Below are positions 36,030 to 50,365 of a DNA stretch of 64,000 nt, one piece after another. Position 1 is the stretch's first letter; each line of letters begins with the position of its first letter. The translations under genes and the position numbers were made by a program. Location of the stretch: assembly GCF_006345805.1 (NCBI RefSeq), contig NW_021831284.1, positions 62,001 through 126,000 on the forward strand. Direction: 5' to 3'. The DNA is from Octopus sinensis. Lineage: Eukaryota. The notes below the pieces were generated by a model. The model did not search any database. It was not told where the DNA came from and saw nothing but the letters and a program-made list of their open reading frames with translations.

Positions 36030-39000
36030 ATTTAATTTAGATTCTCAGTCCCGATTATTGGAATCTCTCTCCTCCTTTTAGGAGAAGAGCTTGCAACCAG
36101 TTCCTCCTCACTCTCCATCTCCCAGCCAGATAGATTTTCTATTTGTCTTATATCTTTCACCGGCGTGTCACGGCAGCATGCCACTACTGCAAGCTGGTAA
36201 GCAGCAGAGGCGTATTCTTCGGCAGATACTCTCACTCCATGTCTGTGTTTAACTACCATGCTTTCTAGAGTCCTTCTTAAAACAACAGATTGAATATAAG
36301 TTTTTGTGGCTTTTTCGATCGATAATTTGTCCATATAGTTTTTGAAGTATCTCGAAACAACGCCGTCCCACGTCAAGACAACCGGGATAATCTTTACCTT
36401 TGCATCATAAAGTATCGAAAGTTCGTTTGCGAGCAGATCATATTTATGAAATTTCTCGATTTCGACTTGTTTGAGGCGATCTTGTGACGTGATGGCAACT
36501 TCGTTTAAGGTTATCTCTTGTTTGGTTTTGTCATACACGAAGATATCTGGTTTGTTGGATTGAACTTTAGTTTCCGTCATGATTGACATATCGACTCTGA
36601 TTTCAACATTCTGCGTCGATATTATGGACTGAACAGAATGAGTTTGCTTCCTCTCTTAATACCGTAGGTTCGACACAAATGAAGGTGAATGCACTTCACA
36701 ACTTCATTGTGTCTCCGCAGATAATCACTGTTTAACATCTTCCCACACTGTGTAGCCAAATGATCAATTGTTTTCTTGCATTTTTTCAGTGACTGCATAA
36801 AGATCCCATAAATGTGAAGAACAAATTCCTATCCTGCAAGAGACAGTACAATGCTTCACTCCGTGGGCCATTATTTCCTTTAGATAACCACTCTGAGGAT
36901 GTGGCTAGATCAACATTTTGTTCGTCCATGCATTTGAATAGAACCGAATGTAGCATTTTACAATTGATGTTCTTTAGCAAATATTTTCTTTGAGCATCTT
37001 TAATAAACTCAACACCCAAATTCTCCATGTCGAGAATTGCATACTTGGAGGCGAGAAATCCTGCAATTGTGGCCATATGCCATTTATTTGTTTGTATCAC
37101 ACGCAGGATTCCCGATCTCCGTAAGCATACTGTCGACTGTCTTTCTAAACTTTTCATGAACTGGAAAAGTATCAGTTCACTTATGAAAGAGACTGAAGCA
37201 AGTCCTCTCTCAAGAGATTTCCGATTTAAATATAACCTCTCTTTATTTGCAGGTTTGAGATGGAGTCTGAGAGTCGTAAAAAGTTGTCGTATTTGACGGT
37301 CAATACAATCAAATTCATGAGGTTCAATAAGTCCGATGTAATAATTTTTTTTTTTAATTGAAGAAGTTTTATTTATTTTACAAACGAAAAGAGTTAAAAT
37401 GCGCAGCGGATCGACTGGCAATTCCCGCGCATGATGGCCAATGAGATCCTTTGAAAGAGTCTGATCGACTCGTTGGGATCTTTCGTGGCAACCACGAGCT
37501 TAGATCCAAGGCGGCGGAGAAACGATAACGTCTGCGGGCCGATGACTCCAGAGGTTTCCACCGCGACTGCAGTGAATTGGTGATTCTTTGCCAGGACCCG
37601 GTACTTCTTCTGTTTTGTTAGTTCCGCCTGCTTTGCAACTGAGCCCGGTTCCGCAGCGGAGGCAATTAGATTCTTGGCGGAGAAAGTGTCGGAACAGGTG
37701 GCGTCCCAGATAAGGCATTTCCCCTTTTCAAACGGGAAGATTGACATGCCATCCGGGCGCTTACCGTCGCCTCTGTCGAGCCCGACTGGTTCGAGCTCAT
37801 TAGGAAACCCCGTCGTCGTTACGGTGTCGTTGATGGCGGCGTGTCGTGGGAAACGTCCGGCACTACGTGAGCAGGAGAGGGGATGATGGCCAAATGAGTC
37901 CACTCTTAAGCCGCAGCGGCATTTCTTAGAAAGAATTGTTATCCTTTCCTTTACATTTCCAAGGATAGAATCCATTACTTTACTCTTAAGAACCTTACTT
38001 CCTGCATCTTCAAGTACACCCAAGTAGCGATATCCTTTGACTCTTTCCAAAGTCTCACAACAAGATAACGATTTAATATTTGATGCTGACTTTTCTGAAT
38101 TCATCTCCAAGCCAACAGTTTTAAAGAATCCATCAACAGTATTCATCATTTTAATTACTACATCTTCTTTAAGAGCGAATATCTTTAGGTCGTCAATGAA
38201 GAACAAATGATTAGTAGAATAGGTCAACATATTTGGGTCCTGTTGATTAATCTGAACCTTTGGAAACATGGCATTAAGAATCCTGCTTAGTGGGTCCATC
38301 ACCATAACAAACAGTTGTGGGGATAATGAGTCTCCTTGTAAAATCCCTCGGCTCAACTTTACAGAACCAATTCTCCTTCCGTCAACATGGAGCTTTACAG
38401 TCCACATTCGTACAGTCCTTTTCACAAAGTTAACAATCCATACAGGTATCCCAGAGCACTCCAACACATGAAATAGAAAGTCGTGGTCAACAGAATCGAA
38501 AGCCTTCTTGACATCAATCCATGCAGAGTATAGCCCATTTCCATGCTCTTTATTTAGGCATTGGTTAATAAGGGCGTGTTCTTTAGCACCCTGACACTGT
38601 CTCCTCGTACCAAGTTGATTGTCGGAAATTAAGCCAAATACATCCATGAACTCAGACAGTTTTCCATTAACACACTTGGTAACTAACTTATAAAGTGTCA
38701 AAATGCATGTTATAGGCCGTAAATCTTTCGGGGTCTCACAATCGTTCTTTCTAGGAATTAGATATGTAATTCCAGTATAAAACCAGTTTTCTGGCATGTA
38801 ATCACCGTTGATTATTTTGTTGATTTCAACACATAAGAATTCATGCAGAGATTCTAGTCTTTTAATGAAGAAATTATCTATTTCGTCACATCCCGGTGCC
38901 TTCCAGTCAGGAAGATATTTAATGATCTCCATTATGTAATTATTTGTTAAATCTGGCAACATGTCTTCACTGCCGGTTATTCTTTTACTAACATTGTCCA

Positions 39001-39420
39001 GTGACACGGATATTTCGTTCCTTTTGCTCCATACTTTTTCCCAGAACGACATGCACTCCTCATCGTCAAAAGAGTATGTTGTGACTTCATTACTCTCTGA
39101 TAAGTTTCTGTAAAATCTTCTTCTGTTTAGTTCGAAGCAAACATTGTCCTTACGGAAGTCCTTCCTCGAGTTATATACAGCAATTTGTTTTTTCTTAACT
39201 CTGATTAGGTCATGTAGTAAGGATTCGATTCTCGAAAGCTCTCTTTTTTTTTCTTTTTATATCCATAACGACATAGAATATCCATCACATTTTGTTTTTC
39301 ACACTGTGGCAGAGCCTGTCTTACGTAACAATTTACAAGTTCTAATTCTGCGGATAATTTTGAAATCTTGCCTCGGTATTTCCCAACCATGTGGTCTGTG
39401 GCTTAACTTTCTTAGTTAAG
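36030..39420 (-). mobile_element. R2/NeSL-like non-LTR retrotransposon (RT + CCHC + RLE), largest copy in window
   Basis: RT motifs WKAPG, LRPITC, DVKKAFDSV, RGILQGDSLSP, FIDDLK, YRYLG; C-terminal HLATQC, KPDIFVYDK, EVAIT; a few frameshifts. Confidence 0.92.
37345..37925 (-). mobile_element. 5'-truncated CRE 3' end with poly(A), inserted in frame into the R2/NeSL-like ORF
   Basis: ORF 37394-39052 switches at ..TILSK|KCRCG.. to CRE motifs HPLSC, GDGKRPDG, WDATC, VETSG; A11 tail (T run 37345-37355). Confidence 0.88.
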
Positions 39421-39538
39421 ACTGAGTAGGCACACTGGGCAGCATTATTACTAACTCAACTATAAAGGTACGGTTTTAATATACTCCTAGTTAACTTTCT
39501 TTGAAAAATTTAAGATTTTAAATTCAACAAATATAGAA

Positions 39539-41497
39539 TCAATCAGAAGAGACTATTTTGCTCTTTAGGTCAGCTATAATTTCATCTTGGATAACAACAC
39601 GTGCTTTTGATTCTGCTAGCAAAATTTCTAATTCTTCAATCCTTCTTTTTAAATTCTCAGTCTCTCCCTACAAAAATCATTTAAAAACGGGACAACCTGC
39701 GAACTAAGTTCCTTCAACAAATCACCAGCTGAAGGCCTACACCTAGGATCATTACTGATCATCAATCTGATCATAAGCGACTATAATCATATTAGTCATT
39801 TCCCACCAGTTGTGCCCACCGTCGAGTAAATCCCTTTGACGGGCCATTAGTTCGAAGATATCTTGTACAAGTTATTCGTTCACTGTTAGTTATATAAACA
39901 CTATAAAGCTCATATAGGACAATCCCCAAAGAATATATATCACACTATAATATATTTCATTTTTAACCTTATTATCGTATTCTGAAGATTTTGTGACTTC
40001 TGGAGCAATATATAATCTGGTCCCGACTCCTTTTGAAAGCTGAACAGTATTAGAATCTATAAAAAGTAAATCAATAAAAGTAACCATCACATGGAGACTG
40101 AACAGGTCTAGCAAGACCAAAGTCCCCAATTTTAACAGTCAAGGTCTCTGTGTTAAGAAATATGTTCCCTGGCTAAAATATTAGAATATTAGACCTTGAT
40201 ATCTCTGTGAATCACTCCCATTGAGTGTATATATTCAAGTCCTTTAACTATTTGGAGAGTAATAGCAAAATTATCACATCTGTCAATTACACTATGCCTT
40301 TCTTTAATGCACTAATACACAAATACCGCCTCACCTTCAAGAATTCGATTAGCGACAAAACAATTGCGAGTATCCAGCCAATTCTTTAACGTATCAGAAC
40401 ACATTTCCATTTGGATGAACAACGTCCAAACTAATGATTTCTACATTACGGAAAAATTTATTTTCGAACCTCAGAACGACTAGATTTTGTATCATCTAAC
40501 AAAAAGTATTCTGACAAAATAAAAAAACCGGCAGTAGATGAACTCCACTGGTTATACTGAGGCTGCTCTCCACTACAGCGAAAAACAACAAGAGAGGAAC
40601 TATCAAAAAATCAAAATTGTTCCAAACTAACCTTTCAGAAGACTTTTGGGGTTGAACTGATTCATATTCTTCGTTCGAGTCCTCACTTTCGCTGCAGTAA
40701 AACTCCACCCAGGACGAATAATAGCGGACGACATTGGGGTGAGTTAACTTTGCAAGGACTACAACTTCTCTGAGAAGAAATTCAATATCTTCTTTGGATT
40801 TTTGAATCAGCTTGACAGCATATTGAGCCTTGTCTACTTTATTGCGAGTCTAGTAAACTTGACATTGGAAATTACTAAATAAACGTGGCCAAAGCCACCA
40901 CTTCCAAGAGTAGAAATTTGAGTAAAATTCAGATGGTAGAACGAAGATCGGTTTAAAACATTTGTAAAATTGTTGGGCTTTAGTTTTGGTTGTAGTTCTC
41001 TAGAAATTTTTAAATCTCTAAAAGATACAAAAAGTTATTCGTCACTTCGTCCTTAAACAATGTTTTGATCAAGTCAGGGTTTACTACATTAACAAGCGCC
41101 CTCATTAGAAGTTTAAATGTAGAGTAGCTGTGATCCAGATCGAAATGTAATTTATATGTAGAGGGTAAAATATCACGTTTTTTTAGTTGTTCTGACAAAA
41201 CTATATTTTTTATGTTTCTTTATTTTTACTGTTTAAAAATTTATTTGCTTCATTTGAATTACCAAATAAGATTTCACTGATGTACTTTAGTGATGAAATG
41301 AGGACCATTTGTGCTGCGTCTAATTTTTTAGTGTTTATTTCTCCTTTTGGAATAATCTCAACATCGTTGCTATCAATTTCTGATTTTATTTAATTATAAT
41401 TACCTTCAAAACCTCGTATTGGTTCTATTTTGATATTCTTTGCAATGTTTAATTCTTCTTCGGTAAATTGACCATAAGAATCGTCAGTATCAGACAT
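39539..41497 (-). CDS. EIF2AK1: eIF2-alpha kinase, HRI/EIF2AK1-like
   Basis: HRI-like N-terminal region; LGSGGFG, YAVK, LREVVVLAKLTHPNVVRYYSSW, acidic insert, LFIQMEMC, HRDIKPGNIF, KIGDFGLA, GVGTRLYIAPE, DIYSLG; C-terminal coiled coil; introns mostly 22-33 nt. Confidence 0.88.
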
Positions 41498-41945
41498 AAT
41501 ATTTTAAATTAAATTATTTTTATTGAGAAAATAAAATTTCAATAAAAAATTAGTTAATATTTTAAAACTAAAAAATGTGGGTTTGTGATTTATATAAATT
41601 AGTTAATATTTTTAGAACTAAAAAATGCGGTATCTCTACTAAAAAACAATTTCTACTAAAAAACAATCTCCTTCGTGTACGAAGAGTTTAAAATCAGATA
41701 TTGAAATGTCATCTTTCAATAGAATACAATTTCAAATCTATTTTTAACGTTAATTCAGCGAAATTCCTTGATATTTTTATTGAGAATTCAGTCAGCTAAT
41801 TGATAAGAATTTCCAATTCTCCTAATAAATGATAAATTATTTGACTTTCATTTATCATTCTTTATATGAAAATTAAAAAATAAGAAAAACAGATTTAAAA
41901 AACCAATTTAACAAAAAATAGAATTATCGAACAAAAATAGAATAT

Positions 41946-42500
41946 TTACCATTTAAAATCTTTATTTTTCTTTAAAGTGTGATTTATAGAGTATTGGTGT
42001 AGTGACCACAGATTTAACTCACTACAAGCTCTTTCATAGTTTTTTATAGCTTCGTCAATCTCCTCTTCTGTAAAGCCAATGTAGCTACTCCTGCTTGGAG
42101 GTTCATCCCATTTTGGATCTTTATGAAGTGGTTTGCAGTCGGCGAATGCTTCGCCAAAAGTTGAACGATCTTTAAAACAATTATACATACGTGTGCGTTT
42201 TGGTGTGGGTTCATCTGGGTATTGATATGGAATTGGTTCAACCCCAGATGAATTGTAAATAAAATCATAATCTAAGATCGCATCTCGTTGGGCTTGGAGT
42301 TCGTTTCGAATGGGTTGACAGAAATCAAATGCATCATAAAATCCATTGTAGTTCCATACATTATGATTCGTACAGTAGTTGTATGCATCATTATTCCAAC
42401 TGTAGTTATATGGATCATTATTTCCATTGTAGTTATATGAATCATTATTTCCATTGTAGTTATATGAATCATTATTTCCATTGTTATAATTATTGTACAT
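41946..42500 (-). CDS. Orphan 184-aa protein with Asn/Tyr-rich 9-aa repeats
   Basis: Open ATG ORF; 27-bp tandem repeats at ~42373-42490 encode NGNNDSYNY-like units; no recognised domain. Confidence 0.6.
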   Translation of the reverse strand: MYNNYNNGNNDSYNYNGNNDSYNYNGNNDPYNYSWNNDAYNYCTNHNVWNYNGFYDAFDFCQPIRNELQAQRDAILDYDFIYNSSGVEPIPYQYPDEPTPKRTRMYNCFKDRSTFGEAFADCKPLHKDPKWDEPPSRSSYIGFTEEEIDEAIKNYERACSELNLWSLHQYSINHTLKKNKDFKW

Positions 42501-43044
42501 TTTCTAAATCGAGTTAATAAATTGTAAAAATTTCTTCATATTTATATCAAAAATTGCGTTTTTTAAGTAGAAATTTAATACTGTTTTTAACCAAATGCGA
42601 AAATTAAGTTAAATTCGTATTTTTTGTAGAGCACTTGATATGTCCTCTAAAATATTTTGTGTTAAAAATTCGATTTTTTATACAAATTAAATTACCAACT
42701 AATGGAAAAATATTTTTCTGATAATATAAGTAATATTTTTTCCTACCTATCAAGAATATCAAATAAAATATTTAGTCTACCAAAAGCATCAAATAACATA
42801 TGCACAACACAATCAAAAAGAATAAAATATATTTCCACATAGCCACCAAAAACATCAAATAACATATCTACAGTTCTGTCAGTTACGGGAAGCAGTTCTC
42901 TATTTTATAATCGACAACATACTTTCATCCAACCACCAAAAATCCAATTATAAATGCTTATCAAAAAAAATGTATGAATGGAATTTTATTTTTCTAGTAA
43001 TCAGGGCATAATAAATAATTATAACTCATCGGAACCGTATAGAA

Positions 43045-44220
<1,176 letters not shown>

Positions 44221-44224
44221 TAAC

Positions 44225-45800
44225 CCTCAATCAGGAAGCACTGGTATAGAACTTATTAAATAGTTAAAAAAAGATACAAAGGCTAGTAGAGAAAGTCTGG
44301 TGCGATATTTTGGCCATTCCAATATGGCTATTCCAATTCTTTGTCTTAGCCATAACCCTTCTCGTTGATCTCTCTTCTTAACGGCAAGCATTTTTTCCGA
44401 GTTCGAGCAAGAACTCAACAGTTTTTCGGCCAACGGCTCCCGATGACTCGGCCGCCACAAGGGTAAATCTGTAGCGGTACCCAAGAAAGGAAAATTTTTT
44501 GATTTTCAGGTTTTCCGTAATTAAAGCAGATGGTCTAGGAGTCTGAACCGATTTAATGAGGTTCGTGCTTGAATACGTGTCAACACAAGTTGCGTTCTAG
44601 ATCTAAGATCTTCCGAATGTGAAAGGGAAAAGGGTAATCTCGTCAAGTCTCTTTCCATCTCCCCGATCGAGACCTACTAGTTCAAGCTGTGCTGGGAAGC
44701 CAAATAGCGTGACGTAGTCTTCTTCCAGCACTTGTGCAGGATAACGGGTGCAATCTTCTCGCATCGACTGCTTTTTTGCATCGTTATCGGTGCTCCTGGC
44801 AAACGTCTAATCCTAGCTTTTGTCCGATTCTAGTTTTCAAATAATCTTTGTCCCAAAAAAGTCCCGAGGTTTGGGCAAAGTATTGCACCAACCCATGCTC
44901 CACTCCCTCCGCTTGTAACCAAACAAGCAAAAAAATGTTGTTTTGCTTCTTTTTTAAGGTCTTCCAAACTTTTGGAGCAGACAATGTTATCCCAATTACT
45001 TTGCTTTGTTTTTGTGGATTTTGAGTCAAGACCCGTTCCATTTCCGACAAGCTTGGTCAAATGATTCATTCCAGCAAAGTCCAATAGTGTGATGAAAGAC
45101 TTTCCGTGTCAACTGGCTGCAGCTTGAGAGAGACGATAGATATGTCGAATACGCAACCTTCAGCGCAGATCTTAGACCGACACTCCCAAATTCAGAAGGA
45201 AGCTTATATTGCTTCCAACCAAATTCGTCGAAGCGGACGTTAATTAGTGACCCAACAGTTTGTTTGAGAGCTTTGTCAATTGAAGGTAGACTGTCGTATT
45301 TCTCGTGCAGGATGAACAAAGCTTGGGTAATCCGATGTTGTTTCTCATCAGTAAGAAGTATGAGACTCGAGACATGACAATCTTTTTTCTAGGCGTGTTG
45401 ATTCTTCATTTTTGGAAAGTAGGTGGTTCTTGAGTTCTTCTCTGCTGAGTGGACATCCTAGAAAATATAATTGGCACAGTCGGGATCCCATGAAGAAATT
45501 GGTTAAAAGAATCCTTGATAGAGAGAAAGTCAGTGTTTGGGTGTGAGACATTAATTAGCTCTGATTTGTTAATATTGATGTTCAGTCCCAGGTGTTTTGA
45601 ATGATCCTCCAATTGGCATCGTCGAGAAAGATTTAACGGTGCATCAATTGATCTCACAACATCATCAACTGTCTAACTTGATTCCAATGCATTCGTTTGA
45701 AATATTTTTCTGTGAGAAGAAACGCTTGTTGCATAAATCGCAGCCTCACATCTATTCTGGATGCAAACATCGATTTGTCTAGGAAAAAACTCATTTCCGA
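44225..45800 (-). mobile_element. CRE-clade retrotransposon remnants
   Basis: LGLNINxxKSE, LPSEFGSVGLR, ELVGLDRGDGKRLD, FTLVAAESSG in broken frames. Confidence 0.75.
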
Positions 45801-46039
45801 GTTTTCGGCTTACCGGGGCCGATGCTACCTTTCATACAAGTTTTTAAAATAGTTCCCGACTGCAGTAAACCGGATTCCTCCTTTGGGTTTTTTAAAAGAA
45901 AGTACCTTGCTGGGAACTGTTATGGTTTAATGGCCATGTTTAATCGGGCTATAGTCGGAGGAGTTCATTATACTTCAGAATCCCCAGAACATGGCCAAAT
46001 GGAGAATGAAAGAAGAGAGGACACTGTGTAAAAGACTGT

Positions 46040-46600
46040 TGTCTGAAGTTTATTGTCACTCTTTGTCAAAGTATGACCAGAAAATGTATTTCTGTCCAAT
46101 CAATCATATCCATACAAAATGTTGAAATACGAGTAGATTGTCAAATAGTTACAGACACGAATATTCAGTGCAACAAGCCTGACATATTTGTGTACGACAA
46201 AATTAAGAATCACTTCCCAGGACCGCCTGAAGCAGGTCGAGGTCAAGAAATGCCATAAATACGATCTATTGGTAGGGGAGTTGTCCATTCTTTACGACGC
46301 TCAAGTTAAAATAATTCCACTTGTTTTGACTTGGGACGGGCTCGTTTCCAGGTTTTTTAAGAAATACATTGAAAAGTTGGCTATCGAAGACGCAACTCAG
46401 TCTTATATACAGTCAGTTGTATTGAAGAAAACATTGGAAAGTATGATTGTTGAACACAGGCATTGGATCAGAATCACTGATGAGGAGATAAATTCAGCCA
46501 GTAGCCTCCTAATTGAAGCAAATCATTCGTATGAAGATAATATGGAGAATGAGGGAAAAAGAGTCGTAACCAACTTGGAGACAGAAGATTAAGGAGTGGT
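46040..46600 (+). mobile_element. R2/NeSL-like RLE fragment
   Basis: EIRVD..NKPDIFVYDK, TSQDRLKQVE, KIIPLVLTWDG. Confidence 0.85.
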
Positions 46601-47689
46601 GTTGGTTACTTCCTCCTCTAAAAAAAGGAGATTAACCTCTAGCGGACAATGGTCGGATTAGCGTCAATTAAATAATATTAACTTAATTAATCAATTTTGT
46701 TTAGTTCTTGTCTAAATAATTAGAATTTTTATATCCTTGGTCGAAGGATTATATTAATTTTTTTTGATGATAGATACTTTTTTAATTAATTATTATTTTG
46801 TTATTTAATTAATTTAAATTATATAGTATATTTAATTATGTTGTCAAAGTTGTTGAGGGATCATCAAGTCGTGCAGCAAAAAAATAGAGCATTAATTGGT
46901 AGTAGTATTCAGTCTTTTATTTAGATGAGGCGATTGAAAAGTCAAAGAGATCGACAGAGGTTTTTGTGAATGGGTTGATCGAGAGGTCAAACAAGGGGTT
47001 AGTCTGACCTTTAATGTCCTCAGAGTTAGAGAGGTATACGACAAGGAGGCCAAGATTAGTTCTGATTTGAATAAATTGTACGAGAAGTCATCCTCACTGA
47101 TCACTGAGTCATCAAATTGGGTGCGGATGGGGGATGAGCTTAACTGTGCTGTGAAGGTGACATTAAGATATTCATTTTGGTAGGAATTGGGAGACATTCA
47201 GAACTGGGCTCGATTAATGGACAGAGAAATGAGGGAGATTGTGGAGACAGTCTCCAATATTTACTCTCTCTGATTGACATACTTACCTTTATTGTTGTGT
47301 GACTGTCGCGGTGTCACTCAACTCTCCTTTTAGAAACTAGTCTGTTTGTACTAGCATTGTCTGCCCCTCCTTGTTTATCATCCATTACTCTTTGATTAGG
47401 TCTCTACTGGACCAGATTCACATTGACTTGTGCCATCAAACCTGGCGAATTTAATGCAACGAGTCCTTTCTACATGTCGAATGTAATGTATGCCAGCCAG
47501 GTTACAATAGTATAGTGTTAGACTGTTCAACAAAAGTCCCATTAGGCAGTTTATTTACATTATAAATTTTTATTAATAAAATTTGATTTGCCAGCCGCAG
47601 AAAGAAAACTTTCAAGAAGGAACAAGGAAGTTAATTATTTTAATTAATCCAAAATTATTGACTCCTTGTCTTTTAAGTTTTCTTTTTAG

Positions 47690-47900
47690 TTGTGGTGCGG
47701 CGGTAACAACGGTAGGGCGCTCGTGATGTCCCATCCAAAAGTCCATTCATGTTTGGAATCTGTATGTGGTAAGATGTCATGACGGCGTCACTTGTCATAA
47801 AATTCACTCAGACCCAATCGGAGCTTCCTGCACAGGGAGCCGCTAGGAATCGAACCCTTGACCAATGAGATTACTAGCAAATTCTAGACCACTTTTACTT
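47690..47900 (-). other. tRNA-derived (Thr-AGU-like) fragment with downstream body; possible SINE
   Basis: Minus strand AGTGGTCTAG (A-box-like) ... CTAGTAA ... GGTTCGATTCC (B-box) TAGCGGCTCC; anticodon stem does not pair, so not a functional tRNA. Confidence 0.35.
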
Positions 47901-48326
47901 ATTAAGAACAAGAATGTTTTTTTAATTTTTAAAAAGTCAAAAATAAATTTCTGACAGCAATAAAATATGAAGATTTTGTCAATTTTTGCGAATCCGTTTT
48001 TGTAAAGAAAGTTTTAAAAAATTCATTTTAAAATGCATCTTTATGATAAGATTTCTGTACTTGTGCATCTCATGCATCACAAAATAAGGCTCTAAATAAA
48101 AAAATATAATTACTTTATTTAAAACCGTAGATTCACAAGCACCAAAATTTTCTTTATATAATTATTTTTGTAACTAAGACGTTTCTCTGTATTTTTTACA
48201 GATAATTTAATGGAATTGGCATATAAAAAATAAAATTGTAATTGACATTTCAAAATATCTTATTACATGATGCTTTTCACTTTTAACTTCTAGATTCGCT
48301 CATCTGTCAAATAACAAAAAAATTCC

Positions 48327-48890
48327 GGTACTTTTGCAGTAGTCTACAGCCACTTTCTAGCGAGTTTCAAAATAATACTATTTTTTACAGTGATAATATA
48401 TGTGTTTTATAATTAATTACTATAAAATAAAATAATAATCCAACGTGTTATAAATTTAAATGAGACGTGAACTCAACCTGTTCAATTTACCAAAAGATAC
48501 TTCCGAAGCCACAAAATTCCTGCAAACTAATGGAATAGTGCCCATCGTCAAGTTATGCAGCCGCGGCCACTCGATGTCCCTCAGAATGTGCAATCCACCG
48601 GTATGGTATTGTCACAAAAGAGAGTGCAGAACTAGTTCTGGATTGAAAGCCGGTATAAAATACGTTGTAAAAATGTACAGGAACTTGGCTAGAGGGAGCC
48701 AGAGTACCTTTGGAGGATATCATAAGATTTATTTTCTTGTGGGCCAATGACATATCATCGGTCAAAGTGTGTTCAGACAATTTGGGGTGGGCTGGGCATA
48801 CGACTGTGGATTGGTCGACGTACCTTCGTGATATTTGCATAAAATCACTCACAACTCGTCGAAGAAGGAAAATACTACTACAAAAGTACC
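48327..48890 (+). mobile_element. Merlin element, internally deleted, with intron-containing transposase N-terminus
   Basis: TIR GGTACTTTTG(C/T)AGTAG; 8-bp TSD AAAATTCC (48319-26, 48891-98); CSRGH..W.CHKREC..GLKA|GTWLEG..IIRFIFLW after removing 48653-48680. Confidence 0.92.
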
Positions 48891-50365
48891 AAAATTCCTT
48901 ATTAAACTGGGCGACCTGGCAAGCAGAAGGAGAAATGATCATCGAGCTTTTCCAACGCATATCAATAGCCATCTTGCGTGGGAATTGCCATTCCATCTCA
49001 TCCTTTGCTGCTAATTAAATACTGTGAAAATAATTGTTTCTGTAGTTTCATGACTGTCGTTTGAACAAATACGACAGCCAGTCGTATTATCTGTCACCCC
49101 GATAAAATCCAACTTGGATTTCTAGCAGACTATAATTGCAAAATTTTTTTTTATTCCACATGAAATATCAAGAGAAACAGATAGTTTATCTTTTTATTAG
49201 CTTTTGCCTGTATCTTATAAATTTTTCAATGAGTCTCCCAGAGTTTATAACACAATATATTTAATTTCAATTTATTCCAATTATTATTATTTTGTGTGAA
49301 ATTAAATTAAAAGAATAAATATATTCGCGCTTGTATGTCTATTCAGGTTTATTCCAAGTGTATTTTGGAAATATTAAAATTATTACGCCAAAATTCTGAT
49401 TCCAACGAGGAAATTAAAGCAGTTAGAATTCTCAAACATCAATTAAATAGGTTTTTGGATATATGACAAATCAGCTTACTGAGTCAGACCTCCTGGTTCT
49501 TTTATTCTTATATCACATTCTAGAAGGAACTTCCTTTAAATGAAGATACAGTTTATTGCCGACTTACATCAGTTCCGTAAGTTAACTTTGATTATCTTTA
49601 AGAGATTGTAAATTAGAGGACATTGTAGCTCTCAGTAACAGTTATTATGGCTATGATATTTTAAAAGACCGGAATATTCGACAAACTTCAGAAAGTTCCG
49701 ATTTGTTAAAAATTAATTTCGGTTTTTAACCCTTTCTTTAAGAAGATAGTTCTACATTTAAATTAGTAGTTTTGTTCCGTAGTTTATTGCCACATTCATT
49801 AATGTGTATTATTTAATACAAAAGTATTCCATTCCTTAAAATATTGATTCGTACTAAACGAAACGAAACATTTTTATTGTAAGACAAAAGAGGATAGTGA
49901 CAACAATTAGGACGGAAATATAAACGAGACAATTGATCAGGGCAATCGAGATCATTGAAGGAACGTCCGGTTTCTGTCTGGAGGCAAGTTATTGATTCAG
50001 ACCGATAAATGGGTCGGTCACCCGAATTCGTCTCTGGGAAGACTGGAAAGATTCTTTGATGGTCTGCCGCATCTCCGAGGACTTAAGGCTGGGTCTCGTA
50101 GATCTAGCCTATAGGCTAGCTTCTGCGCATAGCGCCGTATCTTTTCGATTTCATTAGAATTATCTTATTTAGCATCGATTGTGACTCCCAAGTACTGTAA
50201 ACAGTAAAAGCAAGTAATTTTCACCATGGGCCGAGGTTTTTGATCTGCTCAGTTTCTTTTGTTGATTTGGAGGTAGGCCGATTTTTCCATGGCCAGCAGG
50301 GTCGCTTACTGATGCACCACCAATTTATCACCTCAATGTAACAGAAAACGGTTTATCCGACGCTT

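Noticed and set aside
40312-40326. 15-nt intron in the HRI gene
   Set aside because: A 33-nt GT-AG intron (40302-40334) also restores the frame and fits the observed size range.
46860-47520. gag-like ORF1 of a LINE
   Set aside because: Only a vague Cys/His pattern with many stops; not enough support.
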